Shown here: in pieces, positions 26,681-35,469 of the stretch | Position numbering within the stretch: the stretch's first letter is position 1 | Layout: each line of letters begins with the position of its first letter | From: a virus | Lineage: Duplodnaviria > Caudoviricetes | IMG/VR virus record: IMGVR_UViG_3300044724_001926 | Location: 1 to 38,635 of that record | Length of the DNA: 38,635 bases | Strand: one strand, 5' to 3' | Position numbers and translations under genes: made by a program | The notes under the pieces: generated by a model | The model's database searches: none | Told to the model about the DNA's origin: nothing | Seen by the model: only the letters and a program-made list of their open reading frames with translations

Positions 26681-26690
26681 GCGGCCCTTT
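26669..26690 (+). terminator. Hairpin / weak terminator at the stop codon
   Basis: GGCCGC-GTAA-GCGGCC followed by CTTT (short U-tract). Confidence 0.45.
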
Positions 26691-26704
26691 AGGGAGAGAT
26701 AGCA

Positions 26705-26932
26705 ATGACGCATGAACGAATAAGCGACGAAATGCTAGACGCTTTTGTGAAGCAAAAATATCACTGGCAAGGGCTAACGCCCCGCCAGCAGTACAGTATG
26801 GCGGTAGAACTAGCCTATTACCGCCACATTGAGCCGAAGCTGTACGACTTTATCGATCAGATAATGACGGATAGCAATGATAAGCGGGATTACCGCAAAC
26901 TGTTGGGAGTGGGTAAAAATGGCAATTTCTGA
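26705..26932 (+). CDS. Hypothetical protein
   Basis: SD AGGGAG. Confidence 0.65.
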   Translation: MTHERISDEMLDAFVKQKYHWQGLTPRQQYSMAVELAYYRHIEPKLYDFIDQIMTDSNDKRDYRKLLGVGKNGNF

Positions 26933-27116
26933 GCATTGGTTAGCGCTTGGCTTTGTGGTGATGATGGTAGCGATGAGCATCGTGGGAGAGGGCGACAAAC
27001 AAGAGGCGCTTAACGAACACGCGCACTATTGCAAAATGATTCATCTACATAAAATATCTAACGGGGAATCTGGGTGGCCCGATTATGAAAACAGGCGAGA
27101 GGCATGTAAAATATAG
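26919..27116 (+). CDS. Small protein with N-terminal membrane anchor
   Basis: SD GGGAG; WLALGFVVMMVAMSIV; HYC.M......GWPDY...C. Confidence 0.6.
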   Translation: MAISEHWLALGFVVMMVAMSIVGEGDKQEALNEHAHYCKMIHLHKISNGESGWPDYENRREACKI

Positions 27117-27285
27117 GCTCTCAAAAGAGCAGATTGCAAAAGCGTTTGAATTGCTTGACGAGGGTGTTACATTTGAGGATGTTGCAAACGAGTTTGATGT
27201 ACATAGAAGCACGTTAGCAAAGTACATCAGAGGCGCAGAATTATATGGGTACAGTTATTGGAGCCGTAACCCATCAACGAACTAG
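27085..27285 (+). CDS. Small resolvase/Hin-type HTH protein
   Basis: LS.EQI..A.ELL..G.....VA..F.V.RSTL.KY pattern; start uncertain. Confidence 0.7.
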   Translation: MKTGERHVKYRLSKEQIAKAFELLDEGVTFEDVANEFDVHRSTLAKYIRGAELYGYSYWSRNPSTN

Positions 27286-27305
27286 CCCCGACTCCTAAAC
27301 GGCGA

Positions 27306-27379
27306 GCTGTGGCGTCGAAAGATTAGATGATATGCGTGGGGGCTTACGCATTGATCGCGCTAATTTAATCGTCCACAGC
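27306..27379. ncRNA. Rod-shaped structured intergenic element (candidate ncRNA or cis-element)
   Basis: Nested pairings GCTGTGG/CCACAGC, CGA/TCG, GATTAG/CTAATT, GAT/ATC, ATGCGTGG/TTACGCAT. Confidence 0.5.
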
Positions 27380-27404
27380 ACTTAAACTCTGATACCATAT
27401 TTGT

Positions 27405-27608
27405 ATGGAGCAGACCGTTACAATAAAGTGGAATCCAATATCGTTTGGCGAAATGCCAAGGGAGGCAGGCACTTATTTAGTTGCCTTTAGCGACGGTACA
27501 GTAGAGTCGTACCCAATGGATGACACCGATATAGGTGACGGCGAAATCAGAGTAGGAGCAGAGAAAGGGCAGTATTGGGCATACTCAATACCCCATCCAG
27601 ATATGTAA
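27405..27608 (+). CDS. Hypothetical protein (DUF551-like)
   Basis: W.PI...MP...G.YLV...DG....YWA...P.P pattern. Confidence 0.55.
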   Translation: MEQTVTIKWNPISFGEMPREAGTYLVAFSDGTVESYPMDDTDIGDGEIRVGAEKGQYWAYSIPHPDM

Positions 27609-27901
27609 TGGCAAAGACCAGAGCGCAACAGAATCGCGAAATCCGCAGAGAAGAGTTACGTACTTACCTTAGCGAAAGAGGTAAGCTAGACCATGTGCTT
27701 GATAACATAGAAAAAATAGAGCAACTGGACTGCAATAGCGACTTATTCCAAAAAGAAATATTAAAGCTCAAGACAGCCAACGAACAGCGCATAAGGCTTT
27801 TGGCTAAATACTTGCCAGATGTAAAAGATGACGGCGATGTAGATACAGGATCACAGCCAATCACAATCAATCTGGTAAAGCCTGAAGATGACAACGGTTG
27901 A
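27608..27901 (+). CDS. Putative terminase small subunit
   Basis: Immediately upstream of and overlapping TerL; helical with LLAKYLPD.K and C-terminal ITINLV strand. Confidence 0.6.
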   Translation: MAKTRAQQNREIRREELRTYLSERGKLDHVLDNIEKIEQLDCNSDLFQKEILKLKTANEQRIRLLAKYLPDVKDDGDVDTGSQPITINLVKPEDDNG

Positions 27902-29123
27902 GCCGACCGTCCCCCAATATAAATACATCACGGCAACCCAGCGGTTTCCTGCATTCGTTGCGGGCTTTGGCGCTGGCAAAACAGAGGCCGCTATCCTCAG
28001 ATGTATATTTGGCATCATCAAGAACAAGGGCGCTAATAGAGGCTTTTACGAGCCAACATATGACCTTATCCGAATGATCGCATGGCCGAGGTTTGAAGCA
28101 ACGCTAACAGAGCTTGGCATATCCTACCGATTACAGAAGTCACCAGTTAACCAGATCGACATAGAAGGCTATGGCTGTATCTTTTTCCGCTCCATGGAGA
28201 ATCCACAGCGGATTATCGGATACGAACACGCAGATGCCGACATTGACGAGCTGGATACGCTAAAGCGTGATGATGCCGCATATGTATGGCGGCAAGTCAT
28301 GGCAAGAAACCGGCAGGCTAAAGATGGGCCGAATACAGTAGGCGTTACGACAACGCCAGAGGGCTTTAGGTTTGTATATGAGCAATGGCGCAAAGAGGCC
28401 AAGCCAGAGTATGCAATCATTCAAGCGCCAACCAGATCGAACCCGCATCTGCCAGATGGCTACATTGAGAGCTTACAGGACGCTTATCCAGCGCATTTGT
28501 TGGAGGCATATCTAGAGGGCCGGTTTGTTAACTTAACGTCTGGTACGGTCTATACGAGCTACAACAGGCACGCTTGCGACTCAGACGAAACAATACGAGA
28601 CGGCGAGCCGTTGTTTATTGGGTGTGACTTCAACGTAACCAAGCAGGCGGCAACGGTCTATGTACAGCGTGATGGCGGCAAGGTATGGCATTGCGTTGAC
28701 GAGCTAGTAAATATGTATGACACGCCAGAAATGGTGTCTATCATACAGAACAGGTACAAAAACAATCACATTGTTATATATCCAGATGCAAGCGGCAAAA
28801 GCCGCAAGACGGTAGACGCAAGTAAGTCAGATATTGCTTTGTTGGAGCAGGCTGGCTTTACGATCCGAGTTAATAAACGCAACCCAGCAGTTAAAGATAG
28901 AATTATGTCTATGAATGCGGCATTAGAGCAGGGGCGAGTAAAGGTTAACGCAAACAAATGCCCAACGGTTGCCGAATGCCTAGAGCAACAGGTGTACAAG
29001 AATGGCGAGCCAGACAAAAGCAACGGTCGAGATCATCAGAATGATGCAACAACGTACCCCATTGCGTATGAGATGCCAGTAGTTAAACCAGTTACTAACG
29101 TCTCATTTAAATTCGCGCTATGA
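27888..29123 (+). CDS. terL: Terminase large subunit
   Basis: Walker A AGFGAGKT, Walker B IDELD, TTTPEG, RNase H-like GCDFN and DHQNDA. Confidence 0.95.
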   Translation: MTTVEPTVPQYKYITATQRFPAFVAGFGAGKTEAAILRCIFGIIKNKGANRGFYEPTYDLIRMIAWPRFEATLTELGISYRLQKSPVNQIDIEGYGCIFFRSMENPQRIIGYEHADADIDELDTLKRDDAAYVWRQVMARNRQAKDGPNTVGVTTTPEGFRFVYEQWRKEAKPEYAIIQAPTRSNPHLPDGYIESLQDAYPAHLLEAYLEGRFVNLTSGTVYTSYNRHACDSDETIRDGEPLFIGCDFNVTKQAATVYVQRDGGKVWHCVDELVNMYDTPEMVSIIQNRYKNNHIVIYPDASGKSRKTVDASKSDIALLEQAGFTIRVNKRNPAVKDRIMSMNAALEQGRVKVNANKCPTVAECLEQQVYKNGEPDKSNGRDHQNDATTYPIAYEMPVVKPVTNVSFKFAL

Positions 29124-29161
29124 TAATATATGCGCCAAACTCTATATCAGGTTAATCCCTT

Positions 29162-30556
29162 ATGCCTGTAAGCACTAAGCATCCGCAGTATGAATTGTAT
29201 AAGCCCGTCTGGGATAAGACCCGAGACGCCGTTAAAGGCTCTGTACAGATAAAAGAAAAGAAACACGTATATTTGCCCGTCCCAGACCCAGAGACGCTAG
29301 ACGAGCGCATGGGCGAGAATACGTTGCGCTACCGGCAATATATCCGCAGGGCGGTATTTGCTAATTACACCGGCCGCACAAAAAACGCTCTGGTTGGTGC
29401 CGCATTCCGTAAGCCGCCAAAGTATGAGTTGCCAGAGGCATTAGAGTATTTGATTGATGACGCCACTGGCGACGGCTTGGGGATTGAGCAGTTAGCCAAA
29501 GACGAGTTATCCAATCTGCTGGAAACCGGCAGAACGCTATTGCTTGTCGATTATCCGCAGGCAGATAGCGGGTTAAGCCTTGAAGAGATACAGCGCCTTA
29601 GCATCCGAGCCTCAATTATTCCGTATGCGTGCGAGCAAGTAATTAACTGGCACACTGAGACTGTAGGCGGCAGAAAGCTCGTTACCCTGATTGTATTGGC
29701 AGAAAACTACAAGACGGCAGACGATGAGTTTGAACACGATAGCGAGGTGCAATATAGAGTGTTGCGCTTGCGTGAAGATGGATATACCCAGCAAATCTAT
29801 CGGGAAGATATGCCGTATACCGACGAGATTTACCCCAAGCGTGCAGACGGCAGTAATTGGGACGTAATACCCGCAATATTTGTGGGGTCTAAGAACAACG
29901 ACAGCACCATTGACGATGCGCCTTTGTCTGATATTGCGGATGTGAACATTGCACATTACCGCAACTCAGCAGACTACGAAGAATCGTGTTTCATTACCGG
30001 CCAGCCTACGTTATTTATTACGCACTCGCTCAACTCAGAAGAGTGGTACGAATACAACCCAGACGGCATAAAGCTGGGGTCTAGGGCAGGCCATGTATTA
30101 GGCGAGTCTGGCTCTGCGACGTTACTGCAACCCAATGCCAACAATCTGGTGCTTGAGGCTATGAAGGCCAAAGAGATGCAGATGGTGGCTATTGGTGCGC
30201 GAATCATCACCGACAGAGGCAACAACGAGACGGCAGAGGGCGCACGTATCCGCTTTGCGTCAGAAAACTCTGTGCTTGGCGATATTGCTGACAACCTAAG
30301 CGCCGCAATAGAGCAGTGCTTGTACTGGTGTGCTGAGTTTATGGGATCAAGCGATGAAATCACGTTTGAGCTAAACCGAGAGTTTTATGACAAGTCAGTA
30401 GACCCGCAATTGCTTATGTCTATGGTTACCTTGCTGGATCGCCAGATTATTGGTGATCAAGATATATTTGACCGGCTAAAAGCCGCTGGCATTGTTGACG
30501 GTTCTCGCACGTTGGAAGAGGTGCGCGAAGAAATGGGAGACTTGCCCCCGCTATGA
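29162..30556 (+). CDS. Portal protein (DUF4055-like)
   Basis: 464 aa after TerL; Y..Y..RA.F.N.TGRT, GR..LLVDYP, PL..IA..N.AHYR.SADYE. Confidence 0.88.
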   Translation: MPVSTKHPQYELYKPVWDKTRDAVKGSVQIKEKKHVYLPVPDPETLDERMGENTLRYRQYIRRAVFANYTGRTKNALVGAAFRKPPKYELPEALEYLIDDATGDGLGIEQLAKDELSNLLETGRTLLLVDYPQADSGLSLEEIQRLSIRASIIPYACEQVINWHTETVGGRKLVTLIVLAENYKTADDEFEHDSEVQYRVLRLREDGYTQQIYREDMPYTDEIYPKRADGSNWDVIPAIFVGSKNNDSTIDDAPLSDIADVNIAHYRNSADYEESCFITGQPTLFITHSLNSEEWYEYNPDGIKLGSRAGHVLGESGSATLLQPNANNLVLEAMKAKEMQMVAIGARIITDRGNNETAEGARIRFASENSVLGDIADNLSAAIEQCLYWCAEFMGSSDEITFELNREFYDKSVDPQLLMSMVTLLDRQIIGDQDIFDRLKAAGIVDGSRTLEEVREEMGDLPPL

Positions 30557-30837
30557 GCAAAGACCCGAGGCTAGAGAGATACGGCTTATCAGGCTACAAC
30601 AAGCCCAAGAGAACGCCAAAGCACGCCAGTAAGAGCCATGTAGTGCTTGCTAAAGACGGCGACAAGACCAAGCTAATACGCTTTGGGGAGCAGGGCGCTA
30701 AGACGGCGGGCAAGCCAAAGGCAGGCGAAAGCGATGCCATGAAGAAAAAGCGAGCCAGCTTTAAGGCAAGGCACGCCAAGAATATAGCCAAGGGCAAGAT
30801 GTCTGCGGCGTATTGGGCAAACAAAGTTAAATGGTGA
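30553..30837 (+). CDS. Small highly basic protein
   Basis: LIRFG.QG...R.SFKARH......SAAYWA.KVKW; Lys/Arg-rich. Confidence 0.75.
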   Translation: MSKDPRLERYGLSGYNKPKRTPKHASKSHVVLAKDGDKTKLIRFGEQGAKTAGKPKAGESDAMKKKRASFKARHAKNIAKGKMSAAYWANKVKW

Positions 30838-30845
30838 GGTGACAG

Positions 30846-30926
30846 ATGCCAACTGATTACATAAAGAAATCCGGAATGGCGAAAGCCAAGAAAAAAGCAA
30901 AGCCCAAGAAAAAGGGCAAAAAGTAA
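30846..30926 (+). CDS. 26-aa lysine-rich peptide (not in ORF track)
   Basis: SD GAGGTG; MPTDYIKKSGMAKAKKKAKPKKKGKK (12 Lys). Confidence 0.6.
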   Translation: MPTDYIKKSGMAKAKKKAKPKKKGKK

Positions 30927-30936
30927 TTACCGTTAA

Positions 30937-32781
30937 GTGTCTGCCGAAGATGATATTTTTGATGCAGTTACGCGGCATCAGATATTCGTGTTGCGCTATG
31001 CCAAAGGCAGGGAGCGCGAGGCAGAGCAGTTTATTGCCCGCCAGCTAGAAGAGGTTGTCTACAGGCTGGAGAGTGGCAACCTCACCGCATTTGGCCGTAG
31101 CAGGGCGCAGGCGCAGGCTACAGACCTGTATCAATACCTACTTGCGTCTAATAAAGAATATGCAGACCAGTACAAAAGCGATCTGGTTAAGTTTGGCGCA
31201 TATGAGGCTGAATTTAATCAGAGCATGATGCAGAAGCATCTGGAGATTGATGTAACGCTACCGTCGCCAATGCAGATACAGCAGGCGGCATTTACTGGCA
31301 TCATGGGGCTGGAACCGAGCAAGGGCTATACGCTCGGCGGTATGCTGGACGATTTTGGCCCTGTTCACGCCAATTTAGTCATGGATCAGATACGCACATC
31401 GATCGTGCTGGGCGATACGACTGACGAGCTAACGCGCAATATACGCGGGTTAGTGCCGTTGCAGGGGCGCAAGGCCGCTACCTTGGCACGCACAGCCGTT
31501 AACCATGTCTCAGTGCAGGCGCGGAAAGAGACGCTAAAAGAGAATGACGATGTGCTACTTGGATATGAATGGGTAGCAACGCTAGATAGCCGCACGTCGC
31601 TAATCTGTATGTCTAGAGATGGCGTTATATACAAAGATTACGATAAAGACCCCAAGCCGCCAGCGCACTTCAATTGCCGCAGTACGATTGTCCCGAAGGT
31701 AAACCCGAGATACGATTTAGGCGCTGATATTGTTGGCACAAGGGCCGCGAAAGGCAGTGGTGGGGCTGGTCAGGTATCTGCGGGGCTGAATTATGACCAG
31801 TGGCTACGTAAGCAGAGCGAGCCGTTTCAGAACAAGGTGCTGGGCAAAGCTAGGGCCAAGTTATTCCGTAGCGGGATGACCATAGACAAGTTTGTCGATG
31901 ACAGAGGCAAGACTTACACCTTGCGGCAGTTAGCCGAGCTAGATACGCAATTCAATGGCATGACCATAACCGAGGCCGTAGAGAGATCATTGCCACCACC
32001 GCCTCCAGAGCCAGAGAGAGTTAATGCTGTCTTGCCGTCCCTGTTTACTACAGGCAAAAACGTAAACAGAGAAAAATTAAATGCGCTTTATGAAGAAATA
32101 GGCACGCCAGAAATGGCAAAGCTACAGCAGTTTATGGAGCAGAAGCGCATAAAAACGGTTCTGATTACGGCGAATCAAATGGGCCGAAATAATAAGTCGG
32201 CAAAGGCTATACAGTACGATGTTTATGATTATCTACTAGACGATGCCAGCCCCAGTGAATTTTATAAGGACTACACAAATTACCCGCATTACTTGCATAC
32301 GACAAGAACAGCGGGCAGGACAAACGGTTTTACTAGCGCCTATTACGATCACATTGTTGTAAAAAACGAAACAAAAGCTAATTTTAATAACCCCAAACAA
32401 ATAGCAAGCAGACTGAAAGAGGTTGTACAGCGCTATGCCGCGTCAGATAGGCCATATAAAGACCAGCCTTGGTCGTTTTCGTATGGCATGAAAACAGAAA
32501 TGAGTGATCCTGCCGGTAGAGTAGCCGCTACGCTTTTGCATGAATTAGGGCATCAGGTTCATTATTTTGCTGGATTCCCTAAATTTCCCGCGCATTTAGC
32601 AAAATCAAGAATGACGCAATACGGCTCTAGCAATGACGCCGAGTCCCATGCAGAGGCGTTTTTGGCGTGGGTTGTAAACCGTGAGGCATTAGCGCGTAGA
32701 GATAGGCGATTAGCAGAATACTTCGATGAACTGATGGAATTAGCAATGAAATCGAACACCCGATCATCAGGGGGGATTTAA
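30937..32781 (+). CDS. MuF/SPP1 gp7-like minor head protein with C-terminal HExxH metallopeptidase-like extension
   Basis: ATLDSRTS.IC...DG, PPAHFNCRS; poly-Pro linker; LLHELGHQVH and downstream ESHAEAF. Confidence 0.88.
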   Translation: MSAEDDIFDAVTRHQIFVLRYAKGREREAEQFIARQLEEVVYRLESGNLTAFGRSRAQAQATDLYQYLLASNKEYADQYKSDLVKFGAYEAEFNQSMMQKHLEIDVTLPSPMQIQQAAFTGIMGLEPSKGYTLGGMLDDFGPVHANLVMDQIRTSIVLGDTTDELTRNIRGLVPLQGRKAATLARTAVNHVSVQARKETLKENDDVLLGYEWVATLDSRTSLICMSRDGVIYKDYDKDPKPPAHFNCRSTIVPKVNPRYDLGADIVGTRAAKGSGGAGQVSAGLNYDQWLRKQSEPFQNKVLGKARAKLFRSGMTIDKFVDDRGKTYTLRQLAELDTQFNGMTITEAVERSLPPPPPEPERVNAVLPSLFTTGKNVNREKLNALYEEIGTPEMAKLQQFMEQKRIKTVLITANQMGRNNKSAKAIQYDVYDYLLDDASPSEFYKDYTNYPHYLHTTRTAGRTNGFTSAYYDHIVVKNETKANFNNPKQIASRLKEVVQRYAASDRPYKDQPWSFSYGMKTEMSDPAGRVAATLLHELGHQVHYFAGFPKFPAHLAKSRMTQYGSSNDAESHAEAFLAWVVNREALARRDRRLAEYFDELMELAMKSNTRSSGGI

Positions 32782-32957
32782 TGAATAGAGACAAGGCGCT
32801 AGAGCGGGCTATAGAATTGCTTAATGTAGAAAAATTAACAAAAGCTCACGTAGATGAGTTTTATTCGCTACAACGATTTATAGACCCTGATCGGTTTGGC
32901 GAAATGGTGGAAGGGTTGATAGCAATCGCGCCAGAAGAGATTTTGGTGTATCTGTAA
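32781..32957 (+). CDS. 58-aa acidic protein, candidate immunity partner (not in ORF track)
   Basis: TAATG-coupled to MuF; SD GGGGGGA; MNRDKALERAIELLNVEKLTKAHVDEFYSLQRFIDPDRFGEMVEGLIAIAPEEILVYL. Confidence 0.65.
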   Translation: MNRDKALERAIELLNVEKLTKAHVDEFYSLQRFIDPDRFGEMVEGLIAIAPEEILVYL

Positions 32958-32995
32958 CGCGGCAGAGCCGCAAACTTGCAAACCAGAGGTGAAGC

Positions 32996-33655
32996 ATGGA
33001 ATTAGAAGGTGTTGAACTGCCTGAAGAGGCAAAACAGGCTGTTATGGCTAAATTTGATGAGGCTCTACAAGCTAAGTTAGATGAGCAAACGGCAGGGCTT
33101 AAAGCTAAGGTTGATGAGCTATTAGCCGAAAAGAAAAAGGTGCAAGCAGAGCGCGAGGATGCACGGCTCGCCGCTAAACTTGAGGCCGAACAGAAAGCCG
33201 CCGCAGAAAATGATTACAAGCAACTATTTGAATCGCAAAAAAACGAAGCTGATACGTTGCGAAAAACAATTGAGGATATGAATGCTAGTATTACTATGCA
33301 GAAAATATCCGCGGAAGCTGGTAAAATAGCTTCACAACTGACAAAGAATGTCCAGAGGGCAGACCTTTTGTCAGAGAAAATTAGCCAGAGGCTAACTATT
33401 GTTGATGGTGAAATTAGAGTAACCGACGAAAACGGGCAACTCACGGTTTCAACTATTGACGAATTAACAGCAAGTATTCGCGGAAAGTACGATTTCTTAG
33501 TAGATGGTACTCAAGCGAGTGGCGGCGGGGCCGCACGTTCAGATGGCAGGGCCGAAGGACGTAGCTTGGAGATTAGCCGTGCTGAGTTTGAGGGAATGAA
33601 TCACGTACAGCGTGCCGATTTCTTCAAGTCAGGCGGTCAAATTTTTGATGACTAA
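32996..33655 (+). CDS. Capsid scaffolding protein
   Basis: SD GAGGTG; coiled-coil GLK.K.DELL.EKK; GGGA motif; precedes the capsid gene. Confidence 0.82.
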   Translation: MELEGVELPEEAKQAVMAKFDEALQAKLDEQTAGLKAKVDELLAEKKKVQAEREDARLAAKLEAEQKAAAENDYKQLFESQKNEADTLRKTIEDMNASITMQKISAEAGKIASQLTKNVQRADLLSEKISQRLTIVDGEIRVTDENGQLTVSTIDELTASIRGKYDFLVDGTQASGGGAARSDGRAEGRSLEISRAEFEGMNHVQRADFFKSGGQIFDD

Positions 33656-33666
33656 TTTGGAGGCCC

Positions 33667-34602
33667 ATGATGGCTAACGTATTGACTGATCTGGCGGCAG
33701 ATATCTATAAAGCCGCTGACGTAGTAGGGCGCGAGCTTGTGGGCTTTATCCCTGCTGTAACTATCAACGCTAACGGCTCAGAGCGAGCGGCTAAGGGCGA
33801 CGTTGTTCGTGCGTCTTTCACTCGCGCCGCGACTGCTGTAAATGTTACTGAGGCGATGACTATTCCGGAAGGCACTGACCAGACGGTAGACAACAAGACC
33901 CTTAGCATCACTAACGCTCGCGCAGTGCAAATCCCCTACACTGGCGAAGATGTGCGACACCTCAACAACGGTATCGGCTTTGAGACTGTTTATGGTGACC
34001 AGATCAAGCAGGCTATGCGTACCCTTTGCAACGAGATCGAGACTGATCTTGGTGAAGCATTTGGGCAGGCTACTGGCACCGCTGGCTCTGTAGGCACTGG
34101 CGGCACTACGCCGTTCGCTAGCAACTTTGATTTAATTGCAGATGTTCGCAAGCTGTTGGTTGATAACGGAATGCCTACCAATGACGGCCAAGCATCTCTC
34201 GTTATCGACACTGCGGCAGGCGCTAAACTGCGTCAACTGTCTAGCTTGACTCAGGTTAACACCTCTGGCGGCTCTGACCTTCTGCGTCAAGGCGTTCTGC
34301 TTGATCTGCAAGGCTTTGCAGTACGCGAGTCAGCTAAAGTGTACACCAACATCACGCCCGACCCTGATGAAGTGATGAACGTCGCTTTCCATCGTGCGTC
34401 TGCTGAGTTGGCTATCCGCGCCCCAGCCGTACCAAACGGCGGCGATGCGGCTGACGATGCGATCACGGTTCAAGACCCCAATAGCGGAATTGTCTTTGAA
34501 GTACGTAGCTACCGAGGCTATCGTAAGTCAATGATTGAGGTCGCGGCGTCTTGGGGCGTTAAAGTATGGAAGCCCGATTTCGTGGCATTCATCAAAGGCT
34601 AA
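33667..34602 (+). CDS. Major capsid protein (P22 coat-like family)
   Basis: ANVLT.L..DIY.A.DVV.RELVGFIP N-terminus; DP.SG..FEV..Y.GY......WGVK C-terminus; SD GGAGG; followed by terminator. Confidence 0.85.
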   Translation: MMANVLTDLAADIYKAADVVGRELVGFIPAVTINANGSERAAKGDVVRASFTRAATAVNVTEAMTIPEGTDQTVDNKTLSITNARAVQIPYTGEDVRHLNNGIGFETVYGDQIKQAMRTLCNEIETDLGEAFGQATGTAGSVGTGGTTPFASNFDLIADVRKLLVDNGMPTNDGQASLVIDTAAGAKLRQLSSLTQVNTSGGSDLLRQGVLLDLQGFAVRESAKVYTNITPDPDEVMNVAFHRASAELAIRAPAVPNGGDAADDAITVQDPNSGIVFEVRSYRGYRKSMIEVAASWGVKVWKPDFVAFIKG

Positions 34603-34609
34603 ACCTCTC

Positions 34610-34637
34610 AGGGGGCTTCGGCCCCCTTTCCTCTTTT
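34610..34637 (+). terminator. Intrinsic terminator after the capsid gene
   Basis: AGGGGGC-TTCG-GCCCCCT then TTCCTCTTTT. Confidence 0.8.
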
Positions 34638-34648
34638 GTGGGGTGTTC

Positions 34649-35122
34649 ATGGCTTTAACTGTAGAAAACGGTACTTTAGTTGCTAACGCAAACTCATATG
34701 TAAGTGTTGGCGATTATATTGCGTGGGCTGACGCTAGAGGGCTTACGTATCCCTCATATCCGCAGATAGAGCAAAAGATTCTGCGGGCTATGGATTATAT
34801 TGAATCTCGCCACTTTGTCGGGCAAAAGCATGAAGAAACGCAGGCTTTGCAGTGGCCCCGAGATTACGTATTTATTGACGGTTATTCTGTCGAATCTAAC
34901 GAGATACCCAAAGAGCTAAAGATTGCTGTTTATGAGGCTGTCAAAATAGAGATAGACGGCGACAGCAAGCTGACAGCATCAGAGCGTGAAACGGTCAGTG
35001 AGAAGATTGGTGACATAAGCGTTACCTACAAATCTGGCTCTGGGATGAAGCGTAACACGCCAGCCCTAACAAACGCTTTGCGTAAGCTAATTAGACCTAT
35101 CGGTGAAGTAAATAGGCTATGA
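34649..35122 (+). CDS. Head-tail adaptor (DnaT-like annotated family)
   Basis: MAL.VE.GT...ANSYVS, QALQWPR, IP.ELK.A, EKIG.ISV.Y; true start 34649. Confidence 0.78.
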   Translation: MALTVENGTLVANANSYVSVGDYIAWADARGLTYPSYPQIEQKILRAMDYIESRHFVGQKHEETQALQWPRDYVFIDGYSVESNEIPKELKIAVYEAVKIEIDGDSKLTASERETVSEKIGDISVTYKSGSGMKRNTPALTNALRKLIRPIGEVNRL

Positions 35123-35469
35123 GCTTTAACTATCTGCCGTTGCAGGCATCTGCTACAGCCTTGCTGACCAAGTTTGGCAAGCAGTACACGTTTACGCGCA
35201 CAACAAAGGGCGCATATAACCCAGCTACGGGGCAGACAAGCAATACGACATCTACGTATACAAAATATGCGTGCGTATTTGATTATCGCGATGCGGATGC
35301 TGGGGGGCTGACGATAGAAGCCGGTGACCGCAGACTACTAGCGGAAGGCTATGCCTACGAGGTAGGCGATACCGTGGCGATTGGCACTGATACCTACAGG
35401 ATCGTATCTGTATCAATAAGCTCCCCAAGTGGCACGGCATTGTCGGCTAATTTACAGGTACGCAAATGA
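35119..35469 (+). CDS. Head closure/stopper protein
   Basis: A..LL.KFG, YNPATG, I..GD.R; synteny. Confidence 0.72.
   Translation: MSFNYLPLQASATALLTKFGKQYTFTRTTKGAYNPATGQTSNTTSTYTKYACVFDYRDADAGGLTIEAGDRRLLAEGYAYEVGDTVAIGTDTYRIVSVSISSPSGTALSANLQVRK

Noticed and set aside
27085-27285. Invertase or transposase remnant
   Set aside because: Only an HTH is present, with no catalytic domain or flanking inverted repeats; more likely a small regulator
27306-27379. tRNA, SRP RNA or intrinsic terminator
   Set aside because: No cloverleaf or T-loop, no SRP GGAA/AGCAG motif and no U-tract; kept only as an unknown structure
29115-29161. Possible late promoter (TGA-TAATAT) before the portal gene
   Set aside because: No -35, and the AT-rich match overlaps the TerL stop; too weak to call
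34535-34648. Open +1 frame overlapping the capsid end, a possible capsid frameshift extension
   Set aside because: It runs through the terminator hairpin, no convincing slippery site is present, and the family N-terminus begins at ATG 34649
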